Of a stretch of 64,000 nt of DNA, positions 59,123-64,000 are shown piece by piece. The notes beneath the pieces are model-generated. The model searched no databases. It had not been told where the DNA came from and worked only from the letters and a program-made list of their open reading frames with translations. The position numbers were made by a program, and so were the translations under genes. This DNA is from Acidobacteriota bacterium. Lineage in GTDB: Bacteria > Acidobacteriota > UBA6911 > RPQK01 > JADFOI01. Position 1 is the first letter of the stretch, and every line of letters begins with the position of its first letter. The stretch spans positions 3,258,967 to 3,322,966 of the forward strand of contig OY760074.1 of the NCBI GenBank assembly GCA_963663035.1. The letters are read 5' to 3'.

Positions 59123-60298
59123 TCACCTCAGCTGTTTGTAGACCCAACTGGATCGGACCAGGTCCTGGATTTTCGATCCTAATTTCTTGGCAAAGGCCAC
59201 GTCCTTGACGCCTTGCTTTTTGGCCCATTTGAGATTGCCCGAAGAAGCAAAGCCGCCATCCAAACTGGCCTGGCGAGGGTAACGCCCGTACAAGTCGCAC
59301 TGACGCTCCAGCAGGGGCTCGAGCTGTTGGCTGTCGGCTGGATTGCCTCTGAGCAAAAGAGCATCCAGGATCAGCGAGGACTTGCCAGCGGTCGGATAGA
59401 GCTTATGGCCAAAGAGGCTCTCGCGTGCGCCTTTTTCGATAATGTCGGTGTGTTCTTCAAAGATGGAGACGATCTTTTCGGTAGCCGGGACCTTCTGGCC
59501 CAGGATCACCCGACGGTGAGTTTGTTGGATCACTCGTCCCAGCAGATCCAGATGGTGGGCCAACGCACCGGCGCCAGGACTGGGCTGATGGGGTCCTGCC
59601 ACTGCGGTGCCTGCTCCAGTGCCCGGGTGCCGTAACCAAGGGTCCAGCCAGCGATCTTCAAGAGATCCCGATAATGCTTTTTGCGCTTCTCGCCCCGACT
59701 ATTTCAGATGTTCAAACAACGTTTTTTGGCATGTCTGGAATGATCCACAAAAGAGAGGGACTCAGACGGGTTCAACTGCTTTAAAAGGCGGGTCACGACC
59801 CGAATCGAATTGTAAAGCAACTGGCTATCGAGCGGATAGCGGATGTTGCTTTGGACTCCGGTGGCATCCCCTCGAATCTTACGCCCTTTTTCCAAACCTT
59901 GTCTTATCAGCCCAACTGACCAGCACCCGATTGACGGCCTGCCCAGTGGAGGCTTCAATCCGCGAGATGTTCTCCTGCAAGGTGGATTTGCTGGGGGTGA
60001 ACCCAAAGGGCAGCCGGCAGAAAGTCCGAAAGCTCTGCGAGTCGACCAGGTGAAAAGCCAGCTTTTCATAACTGAACTGGTGGGTTTGTTTGATCAGAGC
60101 ACAACGCAGGACTTGCTCAGCCGTCATGCCCCGGGCTCCCTTCTTGGAGCTGATTTTGTCACACAGATCGTGTAGAACGAGATCGGAGATCGATGGATTT
60201 TGATCCAGGATCTTGGAGATCGATTCCAGTTCCCGGGCCAGGCGATGATCGGGCCAAGAAGGGGAAAGAGGGAGTTGATTTTCTCGGTTCTTACGCAT
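59123..60298 (-). pseudogene. IS5/IS1182-like DDE transposase broken into three frames
   Basis: N-terminal fragment (59879-60298) has a transposase-like N-terminal region; middle (59704-60069) and C-terminal DDE-domain fragment (59123-59602) in other frames. Confidence 0.5.
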
Positions 60299-60446
60299 TT
60301 TCGGGCTCCTGGTTTTGTTTTAAGTCGTTTTTTTTATTGGTTTATACCAAATGACTTATCAAACGACCCCGACGAAATCAAGGCTCGAAAACGCGTACTT
60401 ACCCTTTTATTTCCAACCATTTACAGGATCCCGGATGGGATCTATC

Positions 60447-60801
60447 TAACTAACACTCTATCAATAGGTTAAAATACCGCACTAGATCTGCGGTCTGCAG
60501 AGGCACCCGCTGAAACCCAAGGAATAAGCGGGTTTCAGCCGATGTGGGAGACGGAGACAGGGGAGTCAGCTTTCTCGAGTCTGAAAAAGAGAGAGGACTT
60601 TTCTGGCGGGAAAAAATGGTGCCGGAGGGGGGAGTCGAACCCCCACGAGAGTCACCCCTCGCCAGATTTTGAGTCTGAGCTAAATTCACTCGATTTGTGA
60701 CGAAAAGCTGATATTTATCAACCAGTTCCCGGATTTGTCACCAGTCCAGAAAAGTGAAAGGTTACGAAAGATTGAGCTTTGAAGCGGGCGAAAAACGGGC
60801 G
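60447..60801. repeat. composite island-junction repeat: L-arm, tRNA-Leu 3' 61-nt copy (60617-60677, 61/61 identical) and R-arm
   Basis: See 55795-56196; tRNA-derived core is a perfect copy of 63137-63197. Confidence 0.8.
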
Positions 60802-60999
60802 CACTGTCTTGGTTAGACAGGGTTCATTCATTAGGTTACAAAGTGTAGGCCCGCCAAAACTCCGCCTCACCATAGAACGCAAAAGTCGAGTATTTGCGCT
60901 GACGCGTGGTCTGCAGAAGACGATGCTTGTGGACACCCCTGTAACGTAGTATTGTCCTTGTTGTAATTTCGGAACGGAATTGGAGGGACTCCAACCCCT

Positions 61000-62649
61000 A
61001 TGAATATTTTGCTCTATAACCCCGACAACCAGATGACGCGGAACTACATGCCCCATCTCTGGATGTTTGTTCTCAAAGCCCTGACTCCACGGCAGCATCA
61101 GGTGTTCCTGATCGATGGGAATGCCCAGCCCATCAGTGAGCAAGAGATGGCGCAGTTCATTCGAGAAAAAGAAATCCAACTGGTGGGCATCGGAGCCATG
61201 ACGCGAATGGCTGCCAGCGCCTACCGGATGGCAGATGCCATCCGCGCCGCCGGTGCTTTGGTGGTGATGGGAGGGCCCCACGTCAGCGAGGTGCCCGACG
61301 AGCCGATCGGACGAGAAGAGGAACCTCGCCACGCCGACGCCGTCGCTTTGGGTGAGGTTGACGACATCTGGGCAGACATCGTGCGAGATGCAGAGCGAGG
61401 TCAACTCCGGGAAGTCTATCGCCACACCGACGAGTCGGGCAAGGACATGAGGCCCTCGCTGGAGAACTACCCGGAGATCCCCTGGGAAGAGATCGATCTG
61501 AGGCAGTTCGACCTGCTAGGGAAGGTCCCGGCCTGGGGAAGATACCTCCTGAGACGGGTCGGCATGGACTGGAATAGTCTCTACATCCTTCCCGTCGAGT
61601 CGGGCCGCGGGTGCCCTTATGGCTGCGATTTTTGCACGGTCACAGGGTTCTTTGGCAAGTCGATCCGCTTTCGCAGCAACGAAAGCGTCATCAATGAACT
61701 TCTGCGCCTCAAAGCGCGGGCCGCTTCCGAGAAAGGCAAGGTGGGTGTCTTTTTTATCGACGACAACTTTGCCATCAACATCAAGCGAACCAAATCGCTG
61801 CTGCGGGACATGATTGCCCAGAATGCCACGCTACCTTGGGTGGCTCAGATCAGCATGAACCTGCTGCGGGATGAGGAACTGGTTGATCTGATTGCCCAGA
61901 GCGGGGGGCGTTGGATTTTTATGGGGCTGGAGTCGATCGATCCCGCGAGTCTGAAGGAAGTGAACAAGGGCTTCAATGATCCCCAGCAATACCAAGCCGT
62001 TCTTGATCGGCTGGCCAAACGGGGTGTCTACGCCATCACCTCTTTCATCTTCGGAATGGACGGAGATCGACCCGGAGTAGCCGACAAAACCCTTGAAGCG
62101 ATTGAGTCATGGCCTCCCGGCCTCCCTGTCTTTGGACTTCTCACCCCTTACCCTGCCACCCCCCTCTATGATCGTCTCCTCGAGAATAAGCGCCTCACGC
62201 GCCCCAAGCACTGGCTGGACTTTCGGCCTTTCCAGATGGCCTTCACACCGGAGCATATCAGTATCGAGCAGGCCGAGCAGGAGGTACGGCAGGCCTGGAG
62301 CCGCTGCTACAGCCCCGAAGCCATTGCCTCGGATCTGAAGAAACTCGAAGGACGCCCCTTTAACGAGCGTGCCGTCCTCTTTTTCACGCGGCTGGCTTTT
62401 CGCGGCATCTATTTCCCTCAGATGACCTTGAGGCAATGGCTGGGGTTGTTTTTCAGCAACGGCCGAAGCCTTCTGCGTCTGGTGGGAGAGGGTTTCGCGA
62501 CTCATCGCCGGCACCGGCGCAAGCAGCGCGAGACCTCTCCTGCTGACGGGTCGGTGAATCAGGCTAGTGGTGTCCCCTCGCCCGCTATTGGGATCGAGGC
62601 CACACCGGCGGGCCCCGTTGCCGAGCGCCCTGTGGTCGGCCGGACTTAG
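61000..62649 (+). CDS. B12-binding-domain radical SAM protein (class B)
   Basis: N-terminal cobalamin-binding Rossmann region; CPYGCDFC (CxxxCxxC) cluster motif; Arg-rich low-complexity C-terminal tail. Confidence 0.7.
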   Translation: MNILLYNPDNQMTRNYMPHLWMFVLKALTPRQHQVFLIDGNAQPISEQEMAQFIREKEIQLVGIGAMTRMAASAYRMADAIRAAGALVVMGGPHVSEVPDEPIGREEEPRHADAVALGEVDDIWADIVRDAERGQLREVYRHTDESGKDMRPSLENYPEIPWEEIDLRQFDLLGKVPAWGRYLLRRVGMDWNSLYILPVESGRGCPYGCDFCTVTGFFGKSIRFRSNESVINELLRLKARAASEKGKVGVFFIDDNFAINIKRTKSLLRDMIAQNATLPWVAQISMNLLRDEELVDLIAQSGGRWIFMGLESIDPASLKEVNKGFNDPQQYQAVLDRLAKRGVYAITSFIFGMDGDRPGVADKTLEAIESWPPGLPVFGLLTPYPATPLYDRLLENKRLTRPKHWLDFRPFQMAFTPEHISIEQAEQEVRQAWSRCYSPEAIASDLKKLEGRPFNERAVLFFTRLAFRGIYFPQMTLRQWLGLFFSNGRSLLRLVGEGFATHRRHRRKQRETSPADGSVNQASGVPSPAIGIEATPAGPVAERPVVGRT

Positions 62650-62928
62650 CCGCACCGGATATCTGCCTCCCTTCTGACCTACGACCCATTTCGAAAAACG
62701 GGTTCTCCTAAGCCCGTATTGGAAATTTCTCCGAGTCATTAGATATTCATTAAATGGAGGCCGTTTTTGGCCCTCTCAGGGTAGATTGGATTCTCGTAAT
62801 TTACTGATTCTATTGTGCCCGGTGGGGAATCCGCACCCTCACGAGGGAACGCTCCAACCGCTCCCCGGGCTGCAGTACGCACACAGTTCTGAGCAGAAAT
62901 GGTTTGATTTCAGGAATTAGAACAGGTC

Positions 62929-63136
62929 AATTGAGCTCAATAGTGGGCACAGTCTGGGCACACTTTCCCAATAAGTGTTTTTTTCAGAGACTTAAAATGC
63001 CGCACTAGATCTCCTGTCTGGAGAGCACCCTTGAAACCCAACGGGTTCAAGGGGTTCAGCCAAATACGGCTGAGGGAGACAGTCGAATGAGCTTTCTCGG
63101 ATTGTCAAAAGAGACAGAGGACTCTGGCGGGAAAAC
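62929..63136. repeat. L-arm copy adjoining the intact tRNA-Leu (proximal island end)
   Basis: Same ~210-bp arm as at 55795 and 60447, with the hairpin retained via compensatory changes. Confidence 0.7.
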
Positions 63137-63225
63137 ATGGTGCCGGAGGGGGGAGTCGAACCCCCACGAGAGTCACCCCTCGCCAGATTTTGAGTCTGGT
63201 GCGTCTGCCAATTCCGCCACTCCGG
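63137..63225 (-). tRNA. tRNA-Leu (anticodon CAA), class II with long variable arm, encoded CCA
   Basis: Manual fold: acceptor GCCGGAG/CTCCGGC, D-loop with GG, anticodon stem CCAGA/TCTGG, loop CT-CAA-AA, variable arm CGAGGGGTGACTCTCGTG, T-arm GGGGG-TTCGACT-CCCCC, discriminator A, CCA. Confidence 0.85.
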
Positions 63226-63291
63226 CGCGTGAAGGCAGTATAACCCGATGAATTCAAGGGGGCCAGGGGAGCGGAGGTCGAAAGCACGAAC

Positions 63292-63987
63292 TCAGTCGGG
63301 ATCTCTTCTGTTGGCCAGGGAACGGTAGTACTCTTCCACTCGCTGGCGAAACTCGGGCGGCACTTCATCTCTATCCACCAGCCTCAGCAGGTTCTCAACT
63401 TCCTCATCCAAGGTTCTGTTGATCTCCAGTTCCAGCTGGCGAAAGCCGTCGATAACCTGAGATTTCAGGTGGGCCAGTTCTTCCGCGTCAGTGAAGAGGC
63501 GCTCGGCATCCAGCTGACGCATTCTCCGGATCATACTTGCGACGTCCCTTCCCAACTCGGGACGCCCCTCCATCAGGCCGCGTAAGTCCTCGGCATCCTG
63601 CAGGCGCTCGCGCCACTCCCGTCCCACTTGGCGGGGATCGACTCCGGTAGCGTTGGGATTCCTTCCCGCTTGACGAGAGACACCGCTGGGAGATTGCCCG
63701 CCCTGGGCCGACTCCGAGCCCTGCTGTCCCTGCTGTTCTCCCGGTTGCTGTCCTTCCTGCTGGCCTTGCTGTTGCTCCTGATCCTGGCTTTCCTGACCGT
63801 TACCCGAGGCGCGGTCTTCCAGGGACTCGAGATTTTCCACCAGGGATCCAACCTGATTCAGAGCGCGCTGCAATCGTTCCCGTGGAGTTTCTTCAGTGCC
63901 CGAGCCCAAAGCTCTCTCGGCCTCTCGAATCATGTTGGCCAATTGCTCCAGATCCCCCATGATTCCCCGCTCACGCTCCTGGGCCAT
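63292..63987 (-). CDS. hypothetical protein with Gln/Glu-rich low-complexity centre
   Basis: 231-aa ORF flanking the tRNA on the presumed core side. Confidence 0.35.
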   Translation of the reverse strand: MAQERERGIMGDLEQLANMIREAERALGSGTEETPRERLQRALNQVGSLVENLESLEDRASGNGQESQDQEQQQGQQEGQQPGEQQGQQGSESAQGGQSPSGVSRQAGRNPNATGVDPRQVGREWRERLQDAEDLRGLMEGRPELGRDVASMIRRMRQLDAERLFTDAEELAHLKSQVIDGFRQLELEINRTLDEEVENLLRLVDRDEVPPEFRQRVEEYYRSLANRRDPD

Positions 63988-64000
63988 GTCTGTCCAGCCG

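Noticed and set aside
48230-63136. Search for a tyrosine or serine recombinase next to the tRNA-derived direct repeats
   Set aside because: No ORF in 48-63 kb shows integrase motifs (R..HxxR..Y or serine-recombinase catalytic domain); the only recombination enzymes are the IS3 and IS5-like transposases, so no integrase is called.

Overview
This window reads like a contig from a moderately GC-rich bacterium, in two parts. The left ~42 kb is gene-dense core chromosome. The right ~16 kb (about 48.2 to 63.2 kb) is a stack of compositionally heterogeneous islands lying against an intact tRNA-Leu(CAA).

The core part runs from a LigA 3' end through a GHMP kinase, a PP2C phosphatase, KorAB 2-oxoacid:ferredoxin oxidoreductase, a DUF1501/DUF1800 pair, a D-serine-deaminase-like enzyme, RpiB, Pgl, a GH15-like hydrolase, a PafA-like phosphatase, a dienelactone hydrolase, SurE, an M16 peptidase, PilZ proteins, an RND pump with its adaptor, an M3 peptidase, a 1-Cys peroxiredoxin and CreD. 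It is peppered with two families of TIR-flanked, hairpin-rich non-coding repeats: seven copies of a modular ~180-265 bp MITE-like element and two copies of a ~290-400 bp foldback element. Several gene starts and stops are supplied by these repeats.

The islands are delimited by four direct repeats of the tRNA 3' 61 nt with conserved flanking arms. They carry an IS3 element inserted in a DnaQ-like exonuclease gene, a RelE/ParE-AbrB toxin-antitoxin pair, an HD hydrolase with an IPCT/DIPPS-like bifunctional enzyme, a 735-aa membrane protein, a decayed IS5-like transposase and a B12-radical SAM gene. No integrase is visible.

The strongest single observation is an iodothyronine-deiodinase-like thioredoxin-fold gene with an in-frame TGA at the FGxxT-U-PP active-site position, followed by a candidate SECIS hairpin. 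Also notable are a frameshifted T7-gp4-like primase-helicase gene, a Ser/Thr kinase-TPR gene broken by a 23-bp tandem duplication, and a HAD hydrolase fused to an archaeal-type riboflavin kinase.
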